64,000 bases of DNA from Candidatus Poribacteria bacterium. GTDB taxonomy: Bacteria; Poribacteria; WGA-4E; UBA9662. The DNA lies in the NCBI GenBank assembly GCA_036339735.1, contig JAYZAL010000011.1, forward strand, positions 10,157 to 74,156, read 5' to 3'. A program made the translations under genes and the position numbers. The notes beneath the pieces are model-generated. The model did no database searches, was not told the DNA's origin, and was given only the letters and a program-made list of their open reading frames with translations. This document shows, in pieces, positions 40,885 to 50,250 of this stretch. Position 1 is the first letter of the stretch. Each line of letters begins with the position of its first letter.

Positions 40885-40965
40885 AATGATACATTAGCCT
40901 GAATTGGATTGTACATGTATTTTTAGAGAGGTTTGTAACAGTAACAAGTTTTTGGAGTATAAAAG

Positions 40966-41826
40966 ATGGAAGCAAAAGTAGGAATTATTGGAGGCTCGGG
41001 TTTTTACCAAATGGATGGTCTGAATGAGTTAAGGATGATAGAGATTGAAACGCCTTTTGGTTCACCTAGCCACGCGGTTGTGGTCGGAAAAATCGATGGG
41101 CAGTCAGTCGCGTTTCTTCCTCGGCATGGGGTTGGACACCCACTTCTCCCTTCGGAAATCAATGTTCGAGCTAACATTTATGCGTTAAAAAGTTTAGGCG
41201 TAGAATGGTTGATTGGTGTTAGTGCTGTTGGTAGTTTACGAGAGGAAATCGAGCCACGTCATTTTGTGGTACCAGACCAATTGTACGATCATACCAAAAA
41301 CCGTACATCAACATTTTTTGGGGATGGTATCGTAGCTCACGTTGGTTTCGCTGATCCATTTTGTCCAATTTTGGGTCAATGTATTTACCAAAGCGCTAAA
41401 AAAGTTGGTGCAACCATACACTCTGGGGGGACTTATATTTGCATGGAAGGACCCGCTTTTTCAACGTTAGCCGAATCAAACCTATACCGTAAATTCGGTT
41501 TCGATGTAATTGGAATGACCGCAGCCCCAGAAGCAAAACTAGCTAGAGAAGCTGAGATAAGCTACGCGGTATTGGCTTGCTCCACTGACTATGATTGCTG
41601 GCATGAGGATCACGAAACAGTAACAACTGAAATGATAATCGAAAATCTGTTAGCTAACGTTGAAACGGCTAAGCAAATTGTGCGTTCAGCTATTCAGAAT
41701 TTACCGTTGGACCGATCAATGAGTCCTGCTTATAAAGCATTGGAAAAGTCAATCGCCACAAATCCAAATGTAATCCCGGAAGAAGCAAAACAAAAATTAG
41801 AATTATTGATCGGTAAGTACCTTTGA
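40966..41826 (+). CDS. mtnP: S-methyl-5'-thioadenosine phosphorylase
   Basis: GIIGGSG, PRHG, SAVGSL, EGPAFST.AES, IGMT..PEAKLAREAE, TDYDCW. Confidence 0.93.
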   Translation: MEAKVGIIGGSGFYQMDGLNELRMIEIETPFGSPSHAVVVGKIDGQSVAFLPRHGVGHPLLPSEINVRANIYALKSLGVEWLIGVSAVGSLREEIEPRHFVVPDQLYDHTKNRTSTFFGDGIVAHVGFADPFCPILGQCIYQSAKKVGATIHSGGTYICMEGPAFSTLAESNLYRKFGFDVIGMTAAPEAKLAREAEISYAVLACSTDYDCWHEDHETVTTEMIIENLLANVETAKQIVRSAIQNLPLDRSMSPAYKALEKSIATNPNVIPEEAKQKLELLIGKYL

Positions 41827-41871
41827 CTTTATTACCTTGGCCTATAGGGCTAATCAAAATTTAGGTCTTTT

Positions 41872-44800
41872 ATGCGAATTTTTCAGTCAGAAGAGAAATT
41901 CTCCAACTATTATCAAATTGATTCATGCTTAGATTCTACTGGTAATGGATTCGTCTATAAAGCTCGTAATACAAGACTTGGTAATGAAATTGCGCTGAAA
42001 GTTTTCCACTCCGACTTGTTTCCTAAAGAGATTGATTATCAAAAATTTGAGCAGAAGGCCCAAACTCTCGGTCGCCTCAATCATCCTAATATCGCCCGTT
42101 TTTTTCACTATGGCCAATTCGAAGAATTACCTTTCGTGGCGATGGAATTAGTTCCAGGTCAATCGTTAGATGAATACTTAAAAGCTCGCTCTCCTCTACC
42201 ACTTCAGTTAACACTACGATTAATCAATCAAATTTGTACAGCTTTGCAGTATGTATATAAGTTTGCTCAGATGCCTAAGTTAGTGAAACCTGATCTGGAA
42301 GAGTCTGAAGCTGAAATCGATTTAGGAAGTCAAAAATTATGTCCGTCTAATATCATGGTGATTGAGCCAAACCAAGAAACAAGCGAGCCTATCATTCGAT
42401 TAACTGACTTTTGCTTAGTTTCAGAAGAGTCTGGATCAGTTGATAGTTGGGATCGGTATCAAAACAAATTAGATGGATTGGATACTATAGGTCAATTGTT
42501 ACTCGATATGCTAATTGATCAAGGTACACGTCAGCAACTCTTAAGCGATTGGCCAGACTTATCTGCTCTACCAAATATAGAGCTGGAAATCTCTGAACTA
42601 GAACCGACAATCAATAACCTAATTCAAAGTTCTATCAGCCTTGGATTCGAGGAACAACTTACAGCTTTAGCAGATTGGCAAGCCAAAGTAACTCAAATAC
42701 AAGAGTCGATCATATGCATAGAAGATGCTAATGCCCAAAAGCAGCAAGGCGAATATCGAATGATGGTAGAATCTCTGCAAAAAGCTATCGATCTCTTACC
42801 AACGAATCAACCGATTCAAAATCTCAAAAAACAAGCGGAAATAGAAGAGCAAATTGATCTTGCGGATCAACAAACTACAATGGGCAATTTCGAGGTAGCG
42901 ATTGAGTCATGGGAAAAAGTTTTAGAACTAGCTCCATCCAAAACAGAAACTCTTTTTCATCGCGCAACTAGTGAGATTGGGCGACTGGAACTTCTAGCTC
43001 AAATCAAGCCACTTCAGAAGCAAGTACAAGCTCAGAAGGAATTAATCCGTCAAATGTCGACATCACAAGAAGAAATTGACTCTGAACGGGATAATTTCGA
43101 TCGAGATCGACTTAGTCAAGATCAGAAAATCGACCGTCTGCAAATTGATCTTTCGGCGGCTGATTTGGAGGTGAAATCGACAAAACAAGAATGGAAAGAA
43201 GAGATTGAAGAATTATCCCAAGAGCATAAGCAACAATTGGAGAAGCTTGAATTATTTGTGGAAGAAAAAGAGAAACTAATTGAGAAAATTAGCCAACAAA
43301 GTGAAGATCTGACAGGTCAGGTTGTTGATCTCGAAAAAATTCGAGTTAACCTTGATAAGGTTGTTGAAGAGCAAGAAACTAAGCTAAAACAGCAGGAAGA
43401 AGACATTGACCATCTTCAGGTTTTATCCGAAGAAATTAAAAAAGAGAAATTTCAATTCGAAGCCAAAAACTCTGAGTTGATTGAGCACCGGGACAGTCTT
43501 CAGAAAAACAAAGATGAACTAGAACAAAAAGTCATTGATCAATCTGAGGAACTTAGTGACCAATCGCTTAAGTTGGACGAATTAGGCAAAAAAAGCGAAG
43601 AAGTAAAAGGTGCCTTAGAAGTATCTGAAGGTAAATTAGAATCGTTAAAAGAAAATCAGTCAGAACTGTCAAAAACAGTCGAGAAAAAGGATTCACAAAT
43701 TGAATTATTAGAAAAAAGAAGAAGCAAAGAAAAAGAAGTGTTTCAAAAATTGGAGCAAAGCTGGCAAGAACAGGTTAACCAAACTGAACAAAAAAATGAA
43801 CAATTATTGAAAAATCAAATTCAAGCAGAAACGGAGAATATTGGCTTTCAGTTTGAGTGGATAGAGCTTAAAGAATCTGTTCACGATCTAGAACAACAAT
43901 TGATACAAAATGCAGCATTTTTAGAGATAAAAGAAGAACAAATCAAGCAATTTGTTGCTGAAAAAGAATTTATCGATCAACAAGTGGAAGAACTAGAAGC
44001 AGGCTTTCGATTACAAGCGGATACTTTATTAGAAAAAGATAATTTGAACCAAGATTTGATAGCGTCAACAGGAAAACTAGAAGCACAAATAGAAGAGCTA
44101 CAAGCCCATCGATCTTTGAGTGAAAACGAGCTGGGACAAAAACAAGAACAAATTGAACAATTACAAGCCTTAAAGCTCAATTTCGAATCTGATTTGTTGA
44201 GTCTAACTGATAGTCGGGATAGCTTACAGCAACAATTGAATCAGAAAGAACAATCCCTAGAAGAGTTAGAGACAAATAGCCTGGCTGCTGTTGAATCCTT
44301 GGAAAATCAAGTTTCAATACTCGAAGAACAAGTTTCAGTAAGCAATCAACAATTACAACATTTTTTGGACCAAGTAGAGGAAAACAACAGCCAATCCAAC
44401 CTATCAGACAAACATCAGGAATTTGAAAAAACTTTGGCAGCCCAAGAAGAAAAACTTACGAGTTTGAAAAATGAAAACTCAATGCTGACCCAACAGTTGC
44501 AAGACAGCTTAAATGCCAATAACTACAGCCAGGCAGAAGTAAAAACACTGAAAAATCGGATAGACGAATTAGAAACAACTGTTTCTGAAGAAGTACAAGA
44601 AATTTCGGTTGAAAGAGAAAAAAATCAAAAGGAGATCGAATTTGAGTTACAACAGAGAGATGGTGAAATTCAGGCTCTAACTCGAGAAAAACTAGCCTTG
44701 TCTAGTACTGTCGAAGAACAAACTCGTATGTTAAAGAATGCTGCCACTAAATTTAAACAGCAACAACAGGCCATCGAAGCGCTAAAGAATGACAACAAAA

Positions 44801-45345
44801 ATCAGCAAAAGGAACTAATTGAGCAACCACTAATTCCCCAGCGATCAACGGCGAATGAATATGTTGATCTAGGTATAGCTTACCGAAAAGAAGAAAAATA
44901 CCAAGAAGCAATTTTAGCCTATCAGGAAGCAATAAAGATAGATCCAGTTCACGAGTGGGCCTATAACAATATAGGATATGCTTACTACTGTGACCAAAAA
45001 TATGAAGAATCGGTAAAGGCGTATAAACAAGCAATCCAAGTTAGACCGGACCACGGATGGGCCTATAACGGATTAGGCCGCGCCTATAACAAACTAGGCC
45101 AATATCAGCAAGCAATTGATGCCTTTTTGTCTTCTACTCAAGTATCTCCTGACAATGCCGAAGCTTTCTACAATTTGGCAAAAGCCTATGCTATTTCAGA
45201 GGAATATGATCTAGTTTTGTCGTACCTGAAACAAGCTATAAACCAAGATGCGGCTTATGCAGCAGCAGCAGCCAATGAACCATTATTCGTTGATTTAGCC
45301 AATAAAACAGAATTTCGACAGTTAATAGCCAACGCTGAATCATAA
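41872..45345 (+). CDS. Ser/Thr kinase-like (degenerate) domain + TPR + ~600-aa coiled coil + C-terminal TPRs
   Basis: VYKA..IALK..LNHPNIA..FVAMELVPG; long Glu/Gln/Lys/Leu heptads; AYNNIG/AYNGLG/AFYNLA TPRs. Confidence 0.85.
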   Translation: MRIFQSEEKFSNYYQIDSCLDSTGNGFVYKARNTRLGNEIALKVFHSDLFPKEIDYQKFEQKAQTLGRLNHPNIARFFHYGQFEELPFVAMELVPGQSLDEYLKARSPLPLQLTLRLINQICTALQYVYKFAQMPKLVKPDLEESEAEIDLGSQKLCPSNIMVIEPNQETSEPIIRLTDFCLVSEESGSVDSWDRYQNKLDGLDTIGQLLLDMLIDQGTRQQLLSDWPDLSALPNIELEISELEPTINNLIQSSISLGFEEQLTALADWQAKVTQIQESIICIEDANAQKQQGEYRMMVESLQKAIDLLPTNQPIQNLKKQAEIEEQIDLADQQTTMGNFEVAIESWEKVLELAPSKTETLFHRATSEIGRLELLAQIKPLQKQVQAQKELIRQMSTSQEEIDSERDNFDRDRLSQDQKIDRLQIDLSAADLEVKSTKQEWKEEIEELSQEHKQQLEKLELFVEEKEKLIEKISQQSEDLTGQVVDLEKIRVNLDKVVEEQETKLKQQEEDIDHLQVLSEEIKKEKFQFEAKNSELIEHRDSLQKNKDELEQKVIDQSEELSDQSLKLDELGKKSEEVKGALEVSEGKLESLKENQSELSKTVEKKDSQIELLEKRRSKEKEVFQKLEQSWQEQVNQTEQKNEQLLKNQIQAETENIGFQFEWIELKESVHDLEQQLIQNAAFLEIKEEQIKQFVAEKEFIDQQVEELEAGFRLQADTLLEKDNLNQDLIASTGKLEAQIEELQAHRSLSENELGQKQEQIEQLQALKLNFESDLLSLTDSRDSLQQQLNQKEQSLEELETNSLAAVESLENQVSILEEQVSVSNQQLQHFLDQVEENNSQSNLSDKHQEFEKTLAAQEEKLTSLKNENSMLTQQLQDSLNANNYSQAEVKTLKNRIDELETTVSEEVQEISVEREKNQKEIEFELQQRDGEIQALTREKLALSSTVEEQTRMLKNAATKFKQQQQAIEALKNDNKNQQKELIEQPLIPQRSTANEYVDLGIAYRKEEKYQEAILAYQEAIKIDPVHEWAYNNIGYAYYCDQKYEESVKAYKQAIQVRPDHGWAYNGLGRAYNKLGQYQQAIDAFLSSTQVSPDNAEAFYNLAKAYAISEEYDLVLSYLKQAINQDAAYAAAAANEPLFVDLANKTEFRQLIANAES

Positions 45346-45380
45346 AGAATTATCATTCAAGATCTAGGAGTAAAGAAATC

Positions 45381-46211
45381 ATGAGTTTTTTGTATTGCCT
45401 AAACACTAGTACAATTCGTCATCCAGAAACCTCAGTTCTGTCAGCAATCGATATCGCGGCCGATGCTGGATATGATGGTATAGAACCCTGGATACAAGAG
45501 ATTGATGAATGGGTTTCGAACGGTGGTTCGTTATCTGACTTGCGAGATAAAGCCAACGATCGTGGGTTAAAAATTGTGAATCTGATCGCTTTCTTTGAAT
45601 GGTCAGTGCCAGAAGATGACGCTCGAAAAAAAGGTTTGGATGAAGCTCAGCGTTGTTTTGAGATGGCTGATGCCTTAGATTGTAAATTTGTAGCGGCCCC
45701 ACCATTTGGCATCCACAATCGAAAGGTAGATTTGTTTTCGGTTGCACAGCATTATGCTGAATTGAGTGAATCCACCACCGCCTTCCAAGCTCAACCTTTG
45801 CTAGAATTTTGGGGGATTGCTCAAACCTTAGGAACAATGGGCGAGGCACTATTGGTGGCAGCTGAATCAGGCCATCCTGACACTCAATTGTTGGCTGATG
45901 TCTATCACATGTACAAAGGTAGTGGACACCTACATGGTCTAGATTACCTTCCACCTAATAAACTAGGCTTGGTTCATGTTAACGACTATCCGGAGCAACC
46001 AAATCGGGATAATGTTACGGATGCAGATCGTGTTTATCCCGGGGATGGGTTAGCACCTTGGCCTCAAATCGTTACTAGTTTGAAAAATATCGGTTATACT
46101 GGAATGCTATCTTTAGAGCTGTTTAACCCAAATTATTGGGAAAAAGGGTCAGTTGAGGTGGCCGCCGAAGGGTTATCGAAACTAAAAGCATGTGTTGAGT
46201 CAATCACCTAG
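45381..46211 (+). CDS. Sugar phosphate isomerase/epimerase (TIM barrel)
   Basis: GYDGIEPW, LEFWG, DVYH, VHVND, RVYPGDG, SLELFN. Confidence 0.9.
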   Translation: MSFLYCLNTSTIRHPETSVLSAIDIAADAGYDGIEPWIQEIDEWVSNGGSLSDLRDKANDRGLKIVNLIAFFEWSVPEDDARKKGLDEAQRCFEMADALDCKFVAAPPFGIHNRKVDLFSVAQHYAELSESTTAFQAQPLLEFWGIAQTLGTMGEALLVAAESGHPDTQLLADVYHMYKGSGHLHGLDYLPPNKLGLVHVNDYPEQPNRDNVTDADRVYPGDGLAPWPQIVTSLKNIGYTGMLSLELFNPNYWEKGSVEVAAEGLSKLKACVESIT

Positions 46212-46257
46212 GACCTTTCGACATATTGACAAACAGTTTCTAGTATAAGACAATGGT

Positions 46258-47484
46258 GTGGTGATGAATATCTTAAATCGATCGATTGCAGCATCGAAAG
46301 CTCCGATCATTCAACAAAAGTTAATCTCGATTATACTAGTATTTAGCCTCACTGTTTATTCGGCCACGACGGTTTGGGCACAATCTAGCTCTGCTGACAT
46401 TTCACATCTTGATCGTGGTATTATGCTGATGTTTCAAGGTCAAACAGCAGCTGGAATAGAGGAACTAGAACAAGCGATAGCTCTAGGTACTAACCAACCT
46501 GAAGTCTACTACTATCTCAGTATGGGGTACTCTGAGAAAGAATTGTGGAATGGTGTAGTGGAAACAACAGATCAGATGCTTAAATTATTGATTGATGATA
46601 TTGAAGCACTATATGCAAAAGGTCGGGCACACTTCAATTTAGGCCAATGGGAATCTGCTTCTAAAGCACTTAAACAAGTCGTTAATCAAGACCCATTTCA
46701 TGTTCGAGCACAAAAAACCTTGGGCAAAACTCAAATTAAGATACAAGACTTCGCAGGGGCTGTCGAATCTCTAACTTCCGCTTCTGAGCTGAATCCTGCT
46801 TCTACTATCATCTGGTATAACCTAGGGATGGCATATCTCAACCAGCGGGAATATAAAGCAGCTACTGAGTGTTTTGAAAAAGCAATTCAGTTAGCTCCAA
46901 GTTTTCCTCAACCTCATCATGGCTTGGGTACTGCTCTTTTACGATTGGGGAAAAGAGAAGGTGGGCAGAAGTCAATGGCTCAATTTCAGTACCTACAAAA
47001 AATGACAGCCGAACACGAACGATTATCACGTTTAACACAAGAAAATCCAGAAGATATCACCGCTTGGTCCGGCTTGGCACATTTGTCTATGGAAACTCAG
47101 AACTATCCTTTTGCTGTTAGAGCATTTGAACGGTGTGTATCTCTAGAACCCAAAAATGCAACCCATCGCATTGGTTTAAGCCGAGCCTTTATGGAGTTAG
47201 GTCTTCTTGTTCCTGCTCGAGAATCGTTATTTAAGGCTATCGAAATTCAGCCGGATGAGCCAATTCTATACAATACCCTTGGTTCAACCTATGCGATGCA
47301 AGGTCAGATTCAACAAGCAATTGTAGCTTTTCAGCGTGCAGTCGATTTAAATCCATCGGAACCATATTATCACTTAAATCTTGGTAAGTTACACCAGCAA
47401 ATGGGAGATCAAAAATCAGCAGAGTATCATTTTAGCGCCTATCAAGAATTGAAAAATGCAACCAGCGGTGGAACTCCTAAATGA
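46258..47484 (+). CDS. Exported TPR protein
   Basis: Signal-peptide-like segment ending VWA-Q; about 10 TPR repeats. Confidence 0.85.
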   Translation: MVMNILNRSIAASKAPIIQQKLISIILVFSLTVYSATTVWAQSSSADISHLDRGIMLMFQGQTAAGIEELEQAIALGTNQPEVYYYLSMGYSEKELWNGVVETTDQMLKLLIDDIEALYAKGRAHFNLGQWESASKALKQVVNQDPFHVRAQKTLGKTQIKIQDFAGAVESLTSASELNPASTIIWYNLGMAYLNQREYKAATECFEKAIQLAPSFPQPHHGLGTALLRLGKREGGQKSMAQFQYLQKMTAEHERLSRLTQENPEDITAWSGLAHLSMETQNYPFAVRAFERCVSLEPKNATHRIGLSRAFMELGLLVPARESLFKAIEIQPDEPILYNTLGSTYAMQGQIQQAIVAFQRAVDLNPSEPYYHLNLGKLHQQMGDQKSAEYHFSAYQELKNATSGGTPK

Positions 47485-48329
47485 CATTTTGGAAACTATT
47501 AGGCTTAAGCTATCTCATTTGGGGTTGGAACTTGCTATTAGTTGGGCAAGAAAATACGTTAGCCGCGAGATCTGTCAATTTGGAAAATTCCGAATTTGTA
47601 AAAGTTCCAGCCGGTTGGTTCACAATGGGGCACGACCAAAGAGCTCCGGATCAAAAACCATCTCACCGTGTTTATCTAGAAGCTTTTGAAATTGGCCGAT
47701 TTGAAGTTACCAATCAGGAATATTACCAATTTTGGCAAGCTACCGAATCTCATACGCCACAAAATTTTCCACACAATATCGGTAACTGGCCGGAACGGGC
47801 TTTAGAGTATCCTAATCAACCGGTTGTTGGTGTATCTTGGGCAGACGCTGAATCCTTTGCTAGGTGGGTTGGTGGTCGATTGCCAACTGAAGCTGAATGG
47901 GAAAAGGCTGCAGCAGGACCAATTGATAGGCTTTGGCCTTGGGGTAATAACCCAACGACCAAAGGACCAATATTTGCGTTGGCTAATAGCTGGAATGGTA
48001 ACGATCAGTATGACAATGGATTAGCTCCTGTAGGATCATACCCACAAGGAAAAAGCTATTACGGTGCATTAGACATGGCCGGCAACGTTTGGGAGTGGAC
48101 AAGCGACTGGTATAGCGAAATCTACTACGCTTACTCACCCACTCATAATCCGACTGGACCTACGAAAGGTAGCTGGAGAGTAATCCGTGGTGGAGGATGG
48201 ATCGATAATATCAACCGTTGTACTACTACGATGCGACTCCATTTGTATCCGAAATTGAAATTATCTTTCGTTGGTTTTAGGGTATTGCGTCCGTTGTCCC
48301 CAAATTCAACTACTAAGACTGAAAAGTAG
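47481..48329 (+). CDS. Secreted FGE-sulfatase (SUMF1/EgtB/PvdO) domain protein
   Basis: FTMG, FEVTN, PVVGVSW.DA, RLPTEAEWEKAA, DMAGNVWEW, RGGGW, GFR. Confidence 0.9.
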   Translation: MTFWKLLGLSYLIWGWNLLLVGQENTLAARSVNLENSEFVKVPAGWFTMGHDQRAPDQKPSHRVYLEAFEIGRFEVTNQEYYQFWQATESHTPQNFPHNIGNWPERALEYPNQPVVGVSWADAESFARWVGGRLPTEAEWEKAAAGPIDRLWPWGNNPTTKGPIFALANSWNGNDQYDNGLAPVGSYPQGKSYYGALDMAGNVWEWTSDWYSEIYYAYSPTHNPTGPTKGSWRVIRGGGWIDNINRCTTTMRLHLYPKLKLSFVGFRVLRPLSPNSTTKTEK

Positions 48330-48332
48330 TAA

Positions 48333-49100
48333 ATGTTTGTCCTTCCTCGCTTATCATTCATTTTTCTAATTATAGTAATTTTCTGTATTATGCCAGCTAA
48401 AGCCAAACGTTTAGAGGCAGGAAAAGGTTGGTCGGAGCCATTTGCCATCGACCGCCGTCCTCCTACAGATCTCAATCGAGATCGCGTCATCGACGTCTTA
48501 GATTTAGTAATAGCTGCCAAACAGTTTGGTCAATCTGGTAAAGATTTAGTTGGAGACTTAAATGATGATGGGATTGTTAATATTTTGGATTTAGTAGTGA
48601 TTGTCAAACAATTTAGCCAACTGATCGTAATGGCCCCACACCAAAACCAATTCGAAAAAATCTTTGTCACGATTGAGGAAAAAGTGAGGTTAAAGCAAGC
48701 TTTTCATTGCTTAACCCAATCTGACTTAAATCCTAGTATTATAGAGCAAGTTGAAACTTTGCTTGATGATTTAAGCTGGCAAACTAAAACTAGTACATAT
48801 CCTCAGCTGATGTTGAACTACCCCAACCCTTTCAACCCAGAAACTTGGATCCCATACCAGTTAAATTTCCCTACGAAAGTTCGATTTTCAGTTTATAACT
48901 CGAATGGGAAATTGGTACGAAGATTACTTTTAGGGTATAAAACTGCTGGGGTTCATAATAGTTCTAAAGACGCAGTTTACTGGGATGGACGTGATCAAGC
49001 TGGACAGCTCGTCGCTAGCGGCGTCTATTATGGTGTTCTGGAAACCGGAGAAAATTTTAAAGTGAGTAGCCAATACCAACCAATGGTACTAATAAAATAG
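48333..49100 (+). CDS. Secreted dockerin-like + FlgD-Ig/CTD protein
   Basis: Signal peptide; DLNRDRVIDVLDL and DLNDDGIVNILDL Ca-binding repeats; NYPNPFNPETWIPYQL...YWDGRD..G..VASGVY. Confidence 0.85.
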   Translation: MFVLPRLSFIFLIIVIFCIMPAKAKRLEAGKGWSEPFAIDRRPPTDLNRDRVIDVLDLVIAAKQFGQSGKDLVGDLNDDGIVNILDLVVIVKQFSQLIVMAPHQNQFEKIFVTIEEKVRLKQAFHCLTQSDLNPSIIEQVETLLDDLSWQTKTSTYPQLMLNYPNPFNPETWIPYQLNFPTKVRFSVYNSNGKLVRRLLLGYKTAGVHNSSKDAVYWDGRDQAGQLVASGVYYGVLETGENFKVSSQYQPMVLIK

Positions 49101-49107
49101 AAGGACT

Positions 49108-50244
49108 ATGCCTCTTTGTAAGGATTTGGTTATCCACATTCTCCGCCATTTTTGGTTTCTAATTCTTCTTTGCCCGATTGTGAGTCAATCTGAGTTAGTT
49201 GATCCCGAAAACCGAGTTCCTAGAGTAAGTAATGTTATAGCTAAGCAGATAGGGCTGAGCGAAGTCAGCATCACTTACACTGCTATGGATCAAAATGGAG
49301 ATCAATTAACCATCTCAATGATAGTAATAACCAAAGATGGTAAACATATCTCACCTAAAAAACTAAGTGGCGATGTAGGGTTAGGTGTAATGAGTGGTGA
49401 ACAGAAAGAAATTTTGTGGACAATTACCGATGAAATCCCGCTGTATCATTTTTCTGATGGATATGTAGTTGAAATTGTTGCTGACGATCACCATCGACTG
49501 ACAAAAAAAATTCGGTGGCAGCCAGATGAAGCTGAAATGGTTTTGGTTCCAGCTGGAACATTTTTGATGGGTAGTGAAGAAATGCAACACGCTCAACCTA
49601 TCCACGAAGTTGAAATTTCTGATTTTTATATGGATACGTACGAAGTCACCGTTGGCCAATATAGACGGTTTACTGATCTTACTGGCTATGAATACAATGA
49701 TTGGGCCGAAGTTGCCAATTTTTCGCCTACTGAACAGCATCCAATGATTTTTGTGACATGGTACGATGCGATGGCATATTGTGTTTGGGCCAAAAAGCGA
49801 CTACCAACTGAAGCTGAATGGGAATATGCAGCACGAGGAGGATTGGCCAGGCGATCTTACCCTTGGGGTAGTATCATTAATCAGCAACAAGCTAACTACA
49901 CTGATTTTGACAATGATGCAAATCGGTTACTCCAATCAGTTGGAAGTTTCCCTGCCAACGGTTATGGGTTACATGATCTTTCTGGAAATGTGTTTGAGTG
50001 GTGCCTAGATGCATTTGATGATAAGTTTTACCAAAATAGCAGACTAAAAGATCCATTGGCTGGAAGCTTGAGCCTAGTAGAATTGACAAAGAATTTTGGC
50101 ACAGTGTTATCTGGACGAGTTCTAAGAGGTGGATCTTATCGCTATAGCGCTGAATATGTTAGAGTTGATTATCGGGATTATGCAAACCCTGATCATCGAT
50201 TCGATGCCGGTGGGTTTCGTTGTGTGGTCAATGTTCCCAAGTAG
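49108..50244 (+). CDS. Secreted FGE-sulfatase domain protein with N-terminal Ig-like domain
   Basis: VSNV..ITY..D..GD..GDVG..K.ILW domain; FLMG, YEVT, RLPTEAEWEYAARGG, NGYGLHDLSGNVFEW, GFRC. Confidence 0.88.
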   Translation: MPLCKDLVIHILRHFWFLILLCPIVSQSELVDPENRVPRVSNVIAKQIGLSEVSITYTAMDQNGDQLTISMIVITKDGKHISPKKLSGDVGLGVMSGEQKEILWTITDEIPLYHFSDGYVVEIVADDHHRLTKKIRWQPDEAEMVLVPAGTFLMGSEEMQHAQPIHEVEISDFYMDTYEVTVGQYRRFTDLTGYEYNDWAEVANFSPTEQHPMIFVTWYDAMAYCVWAKKRLPTEAEWEYAARGGLARRSYPWGSIINQQQANYTDFDNDANRLLQSVGSFPANGYGLHDLSGNVFEWCLDAFDDKFYQNSRLKDPLAGSLSLVELTKNFGTVLSGRVLRGGSYRYSAEYVRVDYRDYANPDHRFDAGGFRCVVNVPK

Positions 50245-50250
50245 TGGGCG

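Noticed and set aside
43000-44850. SMC/chromosome segregation protein or DNA tandem repeat
   Set aside because: No Walker A/B or hinge; the repetitiveness is protein-level heptads, not nucleotide repeats.
45406-45954. 182-aa minus-strand ORF, and other short ORFs nested in real genes (e.g. 48143-48520, 49381-49740, 55108-55464)
   Set aside because: Fully overlap well-supported genes and have no motifs or RBS.
47481-50244. Diversity-generating retroelement targeting the FGE/CLec-fold genes
   Set aside because: No reverse transcriptase and no near-identical TR/VR repeat pair seen; the two C-termini differ throughout, not only at adenines.
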